Assembly (NCBI GenBank): GCA_033763315.1
Contig: JANRKS010000016.1
Location: forward strand, 192,001-256,000
Origin: Deltaproteobacteria bacterium
Lineage (GTDB): Bacteria; Myxococcota_A; Polyangia; Fen-1088
Direction: 5' to 3'
DNA length: 64,000 bases
Program-made: the position numbers and the translations under genes
Notes under the pieces: generated by a model
The model's database searches: none
What the model saw: only the letters and a program-made list of their open reading frames with translations
What the model was told of the DNA's origin: nothing
In this document: in pieces, positions 55,401 through 64,000 of the stretch
Layout of the letters: each line of letters opens with the position of its first letter
How positions within the stretch are numbered: position 1 is the first letter of the stretch

Positions 55401-58400
55401 ACGGCGGCGGGCGTCGTGAAAACGTTGCTGGCAATGACACATGAGCAGCTGCCGGCCAGCCTCAACTTCCGGGCGCCGAACCCTGAGATCGATTTTCCAA
55501 ACTCGCCGTTCTATGTGAATGCGAAGCTAACGCCCTGGAAACGCGGAGCGAAGCCGCGCCGTGCAGGCGTGAGTTCGTTCGGTTTGGGCGGCACCAACGC
55601 GCACATCATCTTGGAAGAGGCGCCGCCTTTGGCACCCACAAGCCCAGGGCGCGCGGATGAGCTGCTGGTGCTGTCGGCGCGCAGTGAAGCGGCGCTTGAA
55701 GCCGCCACCGATCGGCTGGCCGCTTTCTTAAGCGAATCGCCGCACACGCCGTTGGCGGACGTTGCGCACACCTTGCAGCAAGGGCGCCGTGCGTTCACCT
55801 TTCGGCGGGCGCTTGCGGTGCAAACAACGGAAGACGCCGTGGTTTGCTTGCGCGGACGCGACAGAGCACGCTTGATCAGCGGCCCTCCCGTCACGGTGGC
55901 GCCCGAGGTGGCGTTCATGTTCCCGGGTGGCGGCGCGCAATACGCGAACATGGCGCGCGGCCTTTATGAAGCTGAAGCCGTGTTCCGTGCCGAGGTGGAC
56001 GCGTGCGCCGCGATCTTGCAGCCGATCTTGGGTTTGGACATCCGCACGTTGATGTTCCCGCAGGGTGATGTGCAGGCCGCTTCGCAAAAGCTTGAAACGC
56101 CGTCGTTGGCGTTGCCAGCCTTGTTCACCACAGAGTATGCGCTGGCGCGGTTGTGGATGTCGTTCGGCGTTCGTCCCACGGCGCTCATCGGTCACAGCAT
56201 GGGCGAATACACGGCCGCATGTTTGGCGGGCGTGATGACGTTGGAAGATGGTTTGGCGTTGGTAAGCTGCCGCGGCCGGCTGTTCGAGAAGCTGCCCGCC
56301 GGTGGCATGTTGAGCGTGCCGCTCGGCGAAGCGGAAGCGCGCAAACACTTAGGCGATGGCATCGACATCGCGGCCGTGAACCGCCCCAACCAATGTGTGG
56401 CTTCGGGCTCTGTCGAAGCGATCGACGCCGCCAAGAAACAACTGGACGCGGCAGGCATCGAATCGACGCGCATTCACATCAACGTGGCGGCGCACTCGCG
56501 GGTGGTGGAACCCATCTTGGAAGAGTTCCGCGCGTTCTTGCGCACGATCAAGCTTGCAGCGCCGCGCTTGCCAATCATCTCGAACACCACCGGCGCCGTG
56601 CTTACGGATGCCGAGGCGATCGACACAGAATACTGGGCGCGGCACTTGCGCCACACGGTGCAGTTTTCGCAAGGGCTGCAAACGTTATTGACGCGCGGGC
56701 AATTTGCTTTGGTGGAAGTGGGCCCGGGCCAAACGCTGAGCACGTTTGCGCGCCAGCATCCCGCACGCACGCCGACCACCGCCGTGGTCTCGTCGCTGCG
56801 GCACCCGCAAGAGTCGCTGCCCGATGGCCGCTTCTTGGCCAGCGCGTTGGGCAAGTTGTGGGTGGCCGGCGTGCAGATCGATTGGACCGGTTACCGTAAA
56901 GGCCAAAAACGTCGACGGGTGGGCCTGCCCACGTATCCGTTCGAGCGCAAGCGGCACTGGGTGGACGCGAAGCCGTTTGTGAGCAACGCGGTGCCGGCTC
57001 AAGTGGCCGCGCCAGCGCTCCCAGCACCTGCGCTTGCGGCGCCCGCACCCGTCGCTGCGGCACCGGCGCCCGCGCCCTCGGGCTTGCCGCGCAAAGATCG
57101 CATCATCGCGGAACTGCAGCGCATCGTCTCTGATCTCAGCGGTTTGCCCGCAGCGTCCATCGATCCCAATGCAACGTTCTTGGAATTGGGCTTCGATTCG
57201 TTGTTCCTCACGCAAGCCAATGGCCAATTCCGCAGCGTGTTCGGTGTGCCGATGACTGTGCGGCAACTGCTTGAGAAAACACCCTCGCTGGGCGCCTTGG
57301 CCGCGCGGCTCGACGCCGAGTTGCCCGCCACCGCCTTTCCCGAAGAAGCGCCTGCGCCCGCCGCTGCGCCCGTGGCGTTGGCCCCAGGGGGCGCCGCGCC
57401 CGCAGGACTTGAAGGCATAATGCAAGCGTTGATGGCGCTGCAGTCACAGGTGCTGGCGCTGGCTGGCGGCGCGCCCGCCGCTGCGCCTGCGCCCGCGGCG
57501 GCGAAACCCGCAGCTACCACGGCTCCGGCGGCAGCGGCTCCCGACAAGACCAGCCCGTGGCAGCCCGTGCAAAAGGCCGCCGCTGGTTCCAGCGATGGCC
57601 TCACAGATCGGCAACGCGCCCACCTAAAAGACTTGATGGCGCGCGTGCAGGCACGCACACCTGAATCAAAGCGCCTCACCGCGCTTAACCGCCCGCATCT
57701 GAGCGATCCGCGCACCGTGCAAGGCTTCCGCAAGATGTGGAAGGACATGGTGTACCCCATCTTCTCTGATCGCGCGCAAGGCTCGCGCATATGGGATCTG
57801 GACGGCAACGAGTACATCGATCTTGTGAGCGGTTACGGTGTGACGTTCTTCGGCCACACGCCCGACTTCATTATCCGCGAAGTGGAAGCGCAGCTGCGCA
57901 AGACGGTGGCGATTGGTCCACAAACGCCGCTGGCGGGCGAAGTCACCAAGATGGTGTGTGAAATGGTGGGCATGGATCGCGCCGCGCTTTGCAACACGGG
58001 ATCTGAAGCCGTTCTTGCGGCCATTCGCATGGCACGCACGGTGACCGGCAAGCGTCGCTTGGCAACGTTCTCCGGCCACTACCACGGCATCTTTGACGAA
58101 GTGCTCGTCAAAGGCGTGAACGTGCGCGGTGAACGCAAAGCCTTGCCGATCTCGCCAGGCATCCGCGCCGACGTTGTGGCCGACGTGTTGGTTTTGGATT
58201 ACGGCGACTTCAAGTGCCTGGATCAAATCCGCGCCAAAGCGTCTGAATTGGCGTTGGTCATGGTTGAGCCCGTTCGCAGCCGCAACCCCAACAATCAACC
58301 CGTTGAATTCATGCGCGCCTTGCGCAAGCTCACCGAAGAGTTGGGCATTCCGCTGTTGATGGACGAGATGGTCACAGGCTTCCGCACACACCCCGGTGGC

Positions 58401-61400
58401 GTGCAGGCTTTGTGGGGCATCAAAGCGGATCTGGCCACCTACGGCAAAGTTGTGGGCGGCGGTTTCCCGATCGGCATCGTGGCCGGCAGCCGCAAATACA
58501 TGGACGCGCTTGACGGCGGCCAATGGGAGTATGGCGACGATTCGCAGCCCGAAGCTGATATGACCTGGTTTGCAGGCACGTTCGTGCGCCATCCGCCGGC
58601 GTTGGCCGCCGCCAAAGCCGTGTTGCAACGGCTCAAGGATGAAGGTCCGGCGTTGCAGGAAGCGATGGCCGCGCGTGTGAAAACCTTCGCTGACGGCTTG
58701 AACGCGCACTTCCGCGCCACCTCCACGCCGATGATCATCGAGTACTTCAGCTCGTTCTTCGTGGTGAAGTTCGAGACTTACATCGAGCACTCGAATCTGC
58801 TCTTTTATCATCTGCACAACCGCGGCGTTTACACCTACGAAGGCCGCCCCGCGTTCATCACCACCGAACACACCGACGCCGACCTGCAATTGGTGGCCGA
58901 TGCTTTCAAAGAATCCATCGCCGAATTGCAACGGGCGGGCTTTATGCCCGGACGGCCTCTGCAAGGCCCCGACGAGATCATCACCATCCCGCTGTCTGAA
59001 GGGCAGCAAGAGATCTGGCTGGCCACGCGCTTTGGTGACGAAGCCTCAATGGCGTTCAACCTGGCCAGCACCCTTCACTTCCGCGGCAACTTGAACACGC
59101 CAGCGTTACGCCAAGCGCTTGATGAGCTAGGCGCGCGCCACGAAGCCCTGCGTGCGGTTCCCAACAACGACGGCCAAACCCAGCGCATTCTCTCGCCCGT
59201 CAAAGCGCGCATACCGCTTGTTGAAGTGGATCTGTCCGCGCTCGACGGCGCCCAGCAAAGCGAGCTCGCGAAGCAGCGCGCCGCCGAAGTGAACACGCCC
59301 TTTGATCTGGATAAGGGCCCGCTTGTGCGTGCGCGTTTGTGCAAACTTGCGGCAAACGAGCACCTGTTCATTCTGACCGCGCACCACGTGGTGGCGGACG
59401 GCTGGTCGTGCGGCGTAATGCTGCGCGATTTGGGCGCGCTTTACGCCGCCGCGTGTGCAGGCGAAGTGGCCAAGCTGCCTTCGCCGCTGCAGCTCCCAGA
59501 GTGGGTGCAGCAACAAGCCGACGCGCGCGACGGGCAAGAGCGGCGTACCGCCATGGATTATTGGCTGGGGCAATACGAGGACACAGTGCCCGTGCTCGAG
59601 TTGCCCACCGATCACCCTCGCCCCCCATTGAAAACTTATGGCGCGGCCCGCGTGAATTTGGATCTCGACGCCGACTTCACCAAGCAGATACGCGGCTTGG
59701 CGACCAAGCTTGGCGCCACCACGTTTGCCACGTTGCTGGGCGCGTTTCAAACAATGTTGCACCGGCTGTCGGGTCAAACCGACATCGTTGTCGGCTTCTC
59801 GCTGGCGGGGCAATCCAACTTGGGCGGCCGCGATCTGGTGGGCCACTGCGTGAACTTCTTGCCGTTGCGCATGAAGGTTGAGCCGCAAAGCACGTTCGCG
59901 GAGCAGGTGATGCAAGCGCGCGGCAAGGTGTTCGACGCGGTTGAACACCAACAGGTGGCGTTCGGAGAACTCATCAAGCGCCTCAACGTGCGGCGCGATC
60001 CAAGCCGCCTGCCGTTGATGAGCGTGGCGTTTAATTTGGATCCTTCGTCCAAAGGCATTGCGTTTGGCAACTTGGAAGTCACGCCGGGCTCGGTGCCGCG
60101 GCGCTATGAGAACTTCGACATCTTCTTCAACGTGGTTGAGCTGACGGATCGGTTGCAGATCCAATGCACCTACAACGAAGCGATGTGGGACGCCGACACG
60201 ATGGCGCACCGGCTGCGCGAGTATCAAACGCTGTTGCAAAGCGCACTGGCGGATGCCTCGCGCAGCGTGGGCGCGTTGCCAATGTTGCCCGACGACGAAC
60301 GGCACACGCTGCTCGAAACGTGGAACCCACCCTACACGGCCACGCAACCTCTTGCGGGTGGCCTGCATGCGCGCGTGTCGGCGGCCGCGCAACGCACACC
60401 CAACGCCATCGCCGTTGTGTGCGAGGGCGAGAGCCTGACCTATACTGAGCTTGAGTCGCGGTCGAACCAACTCGCGCACCAGCTGTGCGCGATGGGCGTA
60501 CGTCCTGACGATCTCGTGGGCATCTGCCTTGAACGCTCCACGGCGCTGATCGTGGGCCTGTTGGGCATCTTGAAGGCCGGCGGCGCCTACGTACCCGTGG
60601 ATCCCGTGAACCCCGATGAACGCTTGTCGTTCATCATGCAAGACGCCCGCGTGCGCGTGCTATTGACACAAGAAAGCTTGCGCGGCCGCATCGATGCCAG
60701 TGGCGCCGCGGTGTTGTGCCTAGACAGCGGCTGGGATCGCGTGGCGGCCCAGCCAACCACACCCGTGCAGGTAAGCGTTAAACCCGAAAACCTGGCTTAC
60801 GTGATCTACACGTCAGGCTCGACGGGCACACCCAAGGGCGTGATGGTGGAGCACGCACAGGTGATGCGTTTGTTCGATGCCACACGCGCCTGGTTCAACT
60901 TCGGCCCGCACGATGTGTGGACGATGTTCCATTCGTTCGCCTTTGATTTTTCCGTTTGGGAAATCTGGGGCGCTTTGTGCGAAGGCGGCAAGTTGGTGGT
61001 CGTGCCCTATCTCACCAGCCGCGCGCCTGATCAAATGCTGCGCCTGCTGCAAGACGAAGGCGTGACGGTGTTAAACCAAACGCCATCCGCCTTCCGCCAG
61101 TTGATCGCCGTTGACGTGGCCGAGCCGCAAGTGCGGCCGTTGTCATTGCGCTTCGTGATCTTTGGTGGCGAGGCGCTTGAACTTGGGTCGCTGCGTCCGT
61201 GGGTGGCGCGCCGGGGCGACAAAGCGCCCGAGCTCATCAACATGTACGGCATCACGGAAACCACCGTGCACGTCACTTACCGTCCGATCCGCGCCGCCGA
61301 CATTGAAGCCAACACGGGCAGCATGATTGGTGTGCCCATTCCTGATCTGCCGCTTTACATCGTGGACGCCGCGCTCAACCCGGTGCCGATCGGCGTGCCA

Positions 61401-63440
61401 GGCGAGATCGTCGTGGGCGGCGCGGGTGTGGCGCGCGGCTACTTGAACCGGCCCGAACTGACAAGCGAGCGTTTCGTGCCGAGTCCGTTTAGGCAAGGCG
61501 ATCGGCTCTACCGCAGCGGTGACATCGGCCGCTTCGTGGCCAACCGAGACATCGAGTACCTAGGCCGGGCCGATCGCCAAATTAAGATCCGCGGCTTCCG
61601 TATCGAGACGGGCGAAATCGAAAACGCCTTGTGCCGCCACGCGGGCGTGGCCAACGCGGCGGTCGTGGCCCAAACCGCGCCCGATGGGCAAAAATCGCTG
61701 GTGGCGTATCTTGTGCCCAAAACCGAAGGCGACGGTGATACGGCCCCGGCGGGCCGCCAAGAGCACAAGCAAGATTGGCAGGGCAAATGGGCGCTGCTTT
61801 ACCAATCGGGCAAAGAAGCCTTGAAGTCCGCGGGCAAAGACGAGACGGCGCACTTGAACGACGAAGCCATTCTCGTTGGCTTGGCCGAACAACAAGATTT
61901 CCATGAAGAGTGGATCGAGTTCCAAGGTCAAACGCTTGAGCGCATCAACAAGCTGAACCTTGGCGATGTGATGGAGATTGGCTGCGGCACGGGGCAAGTG
62001 CTGCTGCGTGTGGCCCCCAAAGCCAAGTCTTACTACGGCACCGACTTCGCCGAGCTGGGCATCGCCGAGATTGAAAAGCAGATCGCGCTGGCAGGCGATG
62101 AACTATCGCGGACCCGCGTGGCGGTGCGTGAAGGCGTGGACTTTACCGATGTAAAGCCAAAGTCACTCGACACCGTGATCATCAATTCGGTGATTCAATA
62201 CTTCCCCGACGCCGGCTACTTGCTGCGCGTGATGGACAACGCCGTGGAAGCGCTGCGCCCAGGTGGCTGCATGTATGTGGGCGACGTGCAAAGCCTCGCC
62301 TACTTATACGCGCACCACGTTCACGATCAGCTGCAACGTTCACCCGATGATATGCCCGTGGACCAAGTCAAACGCTTGGTGGATACGCGCGTATTGAACG
62401 AAGACGAGCTGGTGGTGGATCCTGAGTTGTTCTTGGCGTGGAAGGCCCGCAACCCGCGTGTCTCGCGCGTTGAGTTCCACCAGCGCCGCGGAAAGATCCT
62501 TAATGAGACCACGCGCTTTCACTATGACGTTTTCGTGTTTGTCGACGCGGAAGCGGCGCCCAAAAATGTCGCGTTTGCGCCCTGGACTACGGGCCTTGAT
62601 GCCGAGGCCATCGCGCACCAGCTGGAAAGCCAATCACCCAAAGTGTTTGCCTTGCAAAACGTGCCGAACGCGCGCGTGTTGCCCGAGCTGCGGGTGGCCA
62701 CGCTGCTCAAGCGCGAAGGGGCCGACAACGCCCGCGGCCTGAAATCGGCCGGCGCCGTGGGCCCTGTGGGGATCGATCCCGAAGCGCTGTGGGCGCTTGA
62801 AAAGCGTCTGCCCTACCAGGTGGATGTGTTGTGGCCTGTGGGCAGCACGGGCACATTCGATGTGGTGTTCAGAAGGCTGGCGGATGGCGTTGCCGACCCT
62901 CTGCCGGCCAACCATCCGGATTTGCCGGCCAACACGTCGCCCACAGGATTTGCGAACAGCCCGCATCTCAAAGGCCTTTCGCGCTCCTTGATCAGCGACG
63001 TCAAAGACTTCGTCAAGGACAAGCTGCCCGATTACATGGTGCCCGCGCAGTGGGTGCTGTTAAGCCGGCTGCCTCTGACGGCGAACGGCAAACTTGATAC
63101 AAAGGCGTTGCCCGCACCTGAAAGCCAAGCCTCACGCGCCACGAACGATTTTGTGGCTCCGTCGAACGACATCGAGACCACCATAGCCAGTGTGTGGGCT
63201 GAAGTGTTGCGACTTGATCGCATCGGCGTGCACGACAACTTCTTCGAGGCCGGCGGTCACTCGTTGCTGGCGGTGCAGGCCATCATGAAGTTGCGAGACG
63301 TGCTTCAGGTGGACTTAAACCTGGGCTCCTTGTTCGTGGCGCCCACCATCGCACAGCTGGCGCAAACGGTGGCCGCCACGCGGTACTTGCGCGAGAGTGC
63401 CCCCGTCGGCGGCGACGACGTTGAAGAGGTTGTGATCTAA
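52398..63440 (+). CDS. Hybrid NRPS/PKS: A-PCP-KS-AT-ACP-aminotransferase-C-A(MT)-PCP
   Basis: A1 YTSGTTG; PCP GGTS; KS TACS/HGTGT/NIGH; AT GHSMG; ACP GFDS; class-III AMT DEMVTGFR/TYGK; C HHVVADG; A2 with inserted MT EIGCGTG/NSVIQYFP; PCP GGHS. Confidence 0.95.
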   Translation: MTNNVSGGTTMINEQGPLAPYPKAQSLAALFTQAAISAPNAVALVLPTSAGVTRVTYAELESRSNKLAAELLNRGVKPGACVALCLSRSIETIVGILGAIKARAAYLPLDPAYPAERLRFMLDDAGAKIVLTDPAGLARVPSHGGETLTLEPGWGAGAPVNVVLPQGSGDDVAYVMYTSGTTGTPKGVVVPHHAVSRLVLNNWFTPIDNRSVFLQLAPISFDAATLEIWGPLLNGGTCVLYPGSGVPDFDDLGRILRKHDVTHLWLTASLFNLIIDERPAALGSVRELLTGGEALSVPHIRRALTLLPNTQLVNGYGPTESTTFACCYRIPRTLPDNLSSIPIGTPIANTAVYVLDEQGKPVGVGVPGELCIGGDGLAQGYWKREQLTTERFIMGPVSASKPQRLYRTGDRVQWKPDGTIEFLGRFDDQVKIRGHRIELGEVAAVLLQHPQVENAVAIIREDKPGDRRLTAYITAKDGGAPTAGALRSFMETRVPDHLIPGAFVVLPRLPLTANGKVDRAALPAPSGQRPELGAPFVAPRTPLEQRLASLWSELLGVDAVGVHDRFFELGGTSILAARFIEILSRQLGHSIPLVALFDAPTVAQIVQVLVNDFPQVVAAHFDLDAERAVANDSARAKRRQRTNDGGRVEIAVVGLGGRFPKAPDLQTFWRNLVEGKEGVVAITAEDLIALGKDPALLSNPDYVPATFALEDVENFDASFFGFSPREAEVMDPQLRLFVETAWTTLEHAGYDPAQYKGRIGVFGGVGRNSYLMNHLAPHPHYREMLHEYHMLVGNERDFPTTHASYRLNLTGPSVDVQTACSTSGVAIHLACQSLRAGDSDMALVGGCKVICPNREGYHYVEGGPLAPEGHIRAFSDDANGMVRGSGSAMLLLKRLDDALADGDTIYGLIKGSALNNDGSDKIGFTAPSVRGQAEVIREALEDAGVTAEEISYVEAHGTGTKMGDPIEIAGLTRAYRETTQAKGYCAIGSVKTNIGHLDAGATAAGVVKTLLAMTHEQLPASLNFRAPNPEIDFPNSPFYVNAKLTPWKRGAKPRRAGVSSFGLGGTNAHIILEEAPPLAPTSPGRADELLVLSARSEAALEAATDRLAAFLSESPHTPLADVAHTLQQGRRAFTFRRALAVQTTEDAVVCLRGRDRARLISGPPVTVAPEVAFMFPGGGAQYANMARGLYEAEAVFRAEVDACAAILQPILGLDIRTLMFPQGDVQAASQKLETPSLALPALFTTEYALARLWMSFGVRPTALIGHSMGEYTAACLAGVMTLEDGLALVSCRGRLFEKLPAGGMLSVPLGEAEARKHLGDGIDIAAVNRPNQCVASGSVEAIDAAKKQLDAAGIESTRIHINVAAHSRVVEPILEEFRAFLRTIKLAAPRLPIISNTTGAVLTDAEAIDTEYWARHLRHTVQFSQGLQTLLTRGQFALVEVGPGQTLSTFARQHPARTPTTAVVSSLRHPQESLPDGRFLASALGKLWVAGVQIDWTGYRKGQKRRRVGLPTYPFERKRHWVDAKPFVSNAVPAQVAAPALPAPALAAPAPVAAAPAPAPSGLPRKDRIIAELQRIVSDLSGLPAASIDPNATFLELGFDSLFLTQANGQFRSVFGVPMTVRQLLEKTPSLGALAARLDAELPATAFPEEAPAPAAAPVALAPGGAAPAGLEGIMQALMALQSQVLALAGGAPAAAPAPAAAKPAATTAPAAAAPDKTSPWQPVQKAAAGSSDGLTDRQRAHLKDLMARVQARTPESKRLTALNRPHLSDPRTVQGFRKMWKDMVYPIFSDRAQGSRIWDLDGNEYIDLVSGYGVTFFGHTPDFIIREVEAQLRKTVAIGPQTPLAGEVTKMVCEMVGMDRAALCNTGSEAVLAAIRMARTVTGKRRLATFSGHYHGIFDEVLVKGVNVRGERKALPISPGIRADVVADVLVLDYGDFKCLDQIRAKASELALVMVEPVRSRNPNNQPVEFMRALRKLTEELGIPLLMDEMVTGFRTHPGGVQALWGIKADLATYGKVVGGGFPIGIVAGSRKYMDALDGGQWEYGDDSQPEADMTWFAGTFVRHPPALAAAKAVLQRLKDEGPALQEAMAARVKTFADGLNAHFRATSTPMIIEYFSSFFVVKFETYIEHSNLLFYHLHNRGVYTYEGRPAFITTEHTDADLQLVADAFKESIAELQRAGFMPGRPLQGPDEIITIPLSEGQQEIWLATRFGDEASMAFNLASTLHFRGNLNTPALRQALDELGARHEALRAVPNNDGQTQRILSPVKARIPLVEVDLSALDGAQQSELAKQRAAEVNTPFDLDKGPLVRARLCKLAANEHLFILTAHHVVADGWSCGVMLRDLGALYAAACAGEVAKLPSPLQLPEWVQQQADARDGQERRTAMDYWLGQYEDTVPVLELPTDHPRPPLKTYGAARVNLDLDADFTKQIRGLATKLGATTFATLLGAFQTMLHRLSGQTDIVVGFSLAGQSNLGGRDLVGHCVNFLPLRMKVEPQSTFAEQVMQARGKVFDAVEHQQVAFGELIKRLNVRRDPSRLPLMSVAFNLDPSSKGIAFGNLEVTPGSVPRRYENFDIFFNVVELTDRLQIQCTYNEAMWDADTMAHRLREYQTLLQSALADASRSVGALPMLPDDERHTLLETWNPPYTATQPLAGGLHARVSAAAQRTPNAIAVVCEGESLTYTELESRSNQLAHQLCAMGVRPDDLVGICLERSTALIVGLLGILKAGGAYVPVDPVNPDERLSFIMQDARVRVLLTQESLRGRIDASGAAVLCLDSGWDRVAAQPTTPVQVSVKPENLAYVIYTSGSTGTPKGVMVEHAQVMRLFDATRAWFNFGPHDVWTMFHSFAFDFSVWEIWGALCEGGKLVVVPYLTSRAPDQMLRLLQDEGVTVLNQTPSAFRQLIAVDVAEPQVRPLSLRFVIFGGEALELGSLRPWVARRGDKAPELINMYGITETTVHVTYRPIRAADIEANTGSMIGVPIPDLPLYIVDAALNPVPIGVPGEIVVGGAGVARGYLNRPELTSERFVPSPFRQGDRLYRSGDIGRFVANRDIEYLGRADRQIKIRGFRIETGEIENALCRHAGVANAAVVAQTAPDGQKSLVAYLVPKTEGDGDTAPAGRQEHKQDWQGKWALLYQSGKEALKSAGKDETAHLNDEAILVGLAEQQDFHEEWIEFQGQTLERINKLNLGDVMEIGCGTGQVLLRVAPKAKSYYGTDFAELGIAEIEKQIALAGDELSRTRVAVREGVDFTDVKPKSLDTVIINSVIQYFPDAGYLLRVMDNAVEALRPGGCMYVGDVQSLAYLYAHHVHDQLQRSPDDMPVDQVKRLVDTRVLNEDELVVDPELFLAWKARNPRVSRVEFHQRRGKILNETTRFHYDVFVFVDAEAAPKNVAFAPWTTGLDAEAIAHQLESQSPKVFALQNVPNARVLPELRVATLLKREGADNARGLKSAGAVGPVGIDPEALWALEKRLPYQVDVLWPVGSTGTFDVVFRRLADGVADPLPANHPDLPANTSPTGFANSPHLKGLSRSLISDVKDFVKDKLPDYMVPAQWVLLSRLPLTANGKLDTKALPAPESQASRATNDFVAPSNDIETTIASVWAEVLRLDRIGVHDNFFEAGGHSLLAVQAIMKLRDVLQVDLNLGSLFVAPTIAQLAQTVAATRYLRESAPVGGDDVEEVVI

Positions 63441-64000
63441 AGCGTCCACGGATTGACGGCGATGTGCACCGGCTGGTCCGGTTGCACATGCGCCGCCACC
63501 GCCAGTACGTGTGCTGGCGAAGGGCACTGCTGGAGAAACTGCCAACGAGCAGGGTCGTCGTCGATCGATTGTGAGAACGAAAGCCCAATGTCTCCGTCCG
63601 CCGACGGCGCAAATGAGAAGCCATCCAGCGGCAGCGCCAGGCCCACGCCGCGCGCCTTGAGATACGCTTCCTTCAACGTCCACAACTGCAAGAAGCTGTG
63701 CGGTTGCTGCGGGGCCGGCTGCGCGCGCAGCCACGCCACCTCGGCGCGCGAGAAAAATTGTTCAGCGATGCCAAGGCCATCGGTGGCCCGCGCTTGCCAC
63801 TCCACATCCACGCCCACCTGCCGATCGTAGGCCACGGCGCACGCCACCAGCCCCTTCGTGTGTGAAAGGCTAAACGTAAGCGGAGGCGCCCCCGCGGGCC
63901 CCGCCACAACTGGCCGCCCGAACTCTTGTGGCCGAAACATCCATGCAAGAGGCTCCACCGCGGCAAAACGGGACAGCGCCAAACGCAAGAGCGCATGCGC
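63437..64000 (-). CDS. Sfp-type 4'-phosphopantetheinyl transferase (5' end probably beyond window)
   Basis: FSLSHT, VGVDVE, WTLKEAYLKARGVGL. Confidence 0.92.
   Translation of the reverse strand, partial: AHALLRLALSRFAAVEPLAWMFRPQEFGRPVVAGPAGAPPLTFSLSHTKGLVACAVAYDRQVGVDVEWQARATDGLGIAEQFFSRAEVAWLRAQPAPQQPHSFLQLWTLKEAYLKARGVGLALPLDGFSFAPSADGDIGLSFSQSIDDDPARWQFLQQCPSPAHVLAVAAHVQPDQPVHIAVNPWTL

Noticed and set aside
47734-60641. Long minus-strand ORFs (47734-48744, 50707-51879, 57666-59009, 59127-60641)
   Set aside because: Antisense shadows of NRPS/PKS genes caused by codon bias; no motifs of their own
1-64000. rRNA, tRNA, CRISPR arrays, IS elements, riboswitches
   Set aside because: None recognised by eye and intergenic spaces are short; tRNAscan-SE and Infernal/Rfam would be needed to exclude small RNAs

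Overview
GC-rich bacterial DNA, most likely from a myxobacterium (Myxococcota). This is inferred from a MYXO-CTERM tail, PEGA, FHA and Hanks-kinase proteins, and an EPS export module of the M. xanthus EpsX/EpsY/EpsV type. I saw no rRNA, tRNA, CRISPR or transposase. Positions 1-24 kb hold mixed housekeeping and accessory genes: bfd-bfr behind a perfect Fur-box-like palindrome, a HelD-like helicase, rluA, trhO, a pterin gene group with a divergent FolE, a deoxyhypusine-synthase-like gene, a VIT transporter, an LPMO-like surface protein, a CAP lipoprotein, a solitary YjjJ/HipA kinase toxin with upstream TGAATAGA repeats, and a divergent EF-G paralog. Positions 24-64 kb form one uninterrupted biosynthetic region. 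It begins with an exopolysaccharide locus: a UDP-sugar pyrophosphorylase, six glycosyltransferases, WcaJ, two acyltransferases, a short OPX, a probable beta-barrel and a glycoside hydrolase. Its Wzc-like co-polymerase has an N-terminal FHA domain instead of a tyrosine kinase and lies three genes from a non-RD Ser/Thr kinase. Directly after come a PhyH dioxygenase with a catalytically degenerate paralog, a CPBP protein lacking catalytic residues, a two-gene non-colinear NRPS/PKS-aminotransferase assembly line and an Sfp-type PPTase cut off by the window end. The best candidates for an undescribed system are (i) Ser/Thr-kinase/FHA control of EPS polymerisation and (ii) an EPS-embedded NRPS-PKS predicted to make a vicinal-diamine peptide. 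All calls come from reading motifs by eye; no database searches were run.
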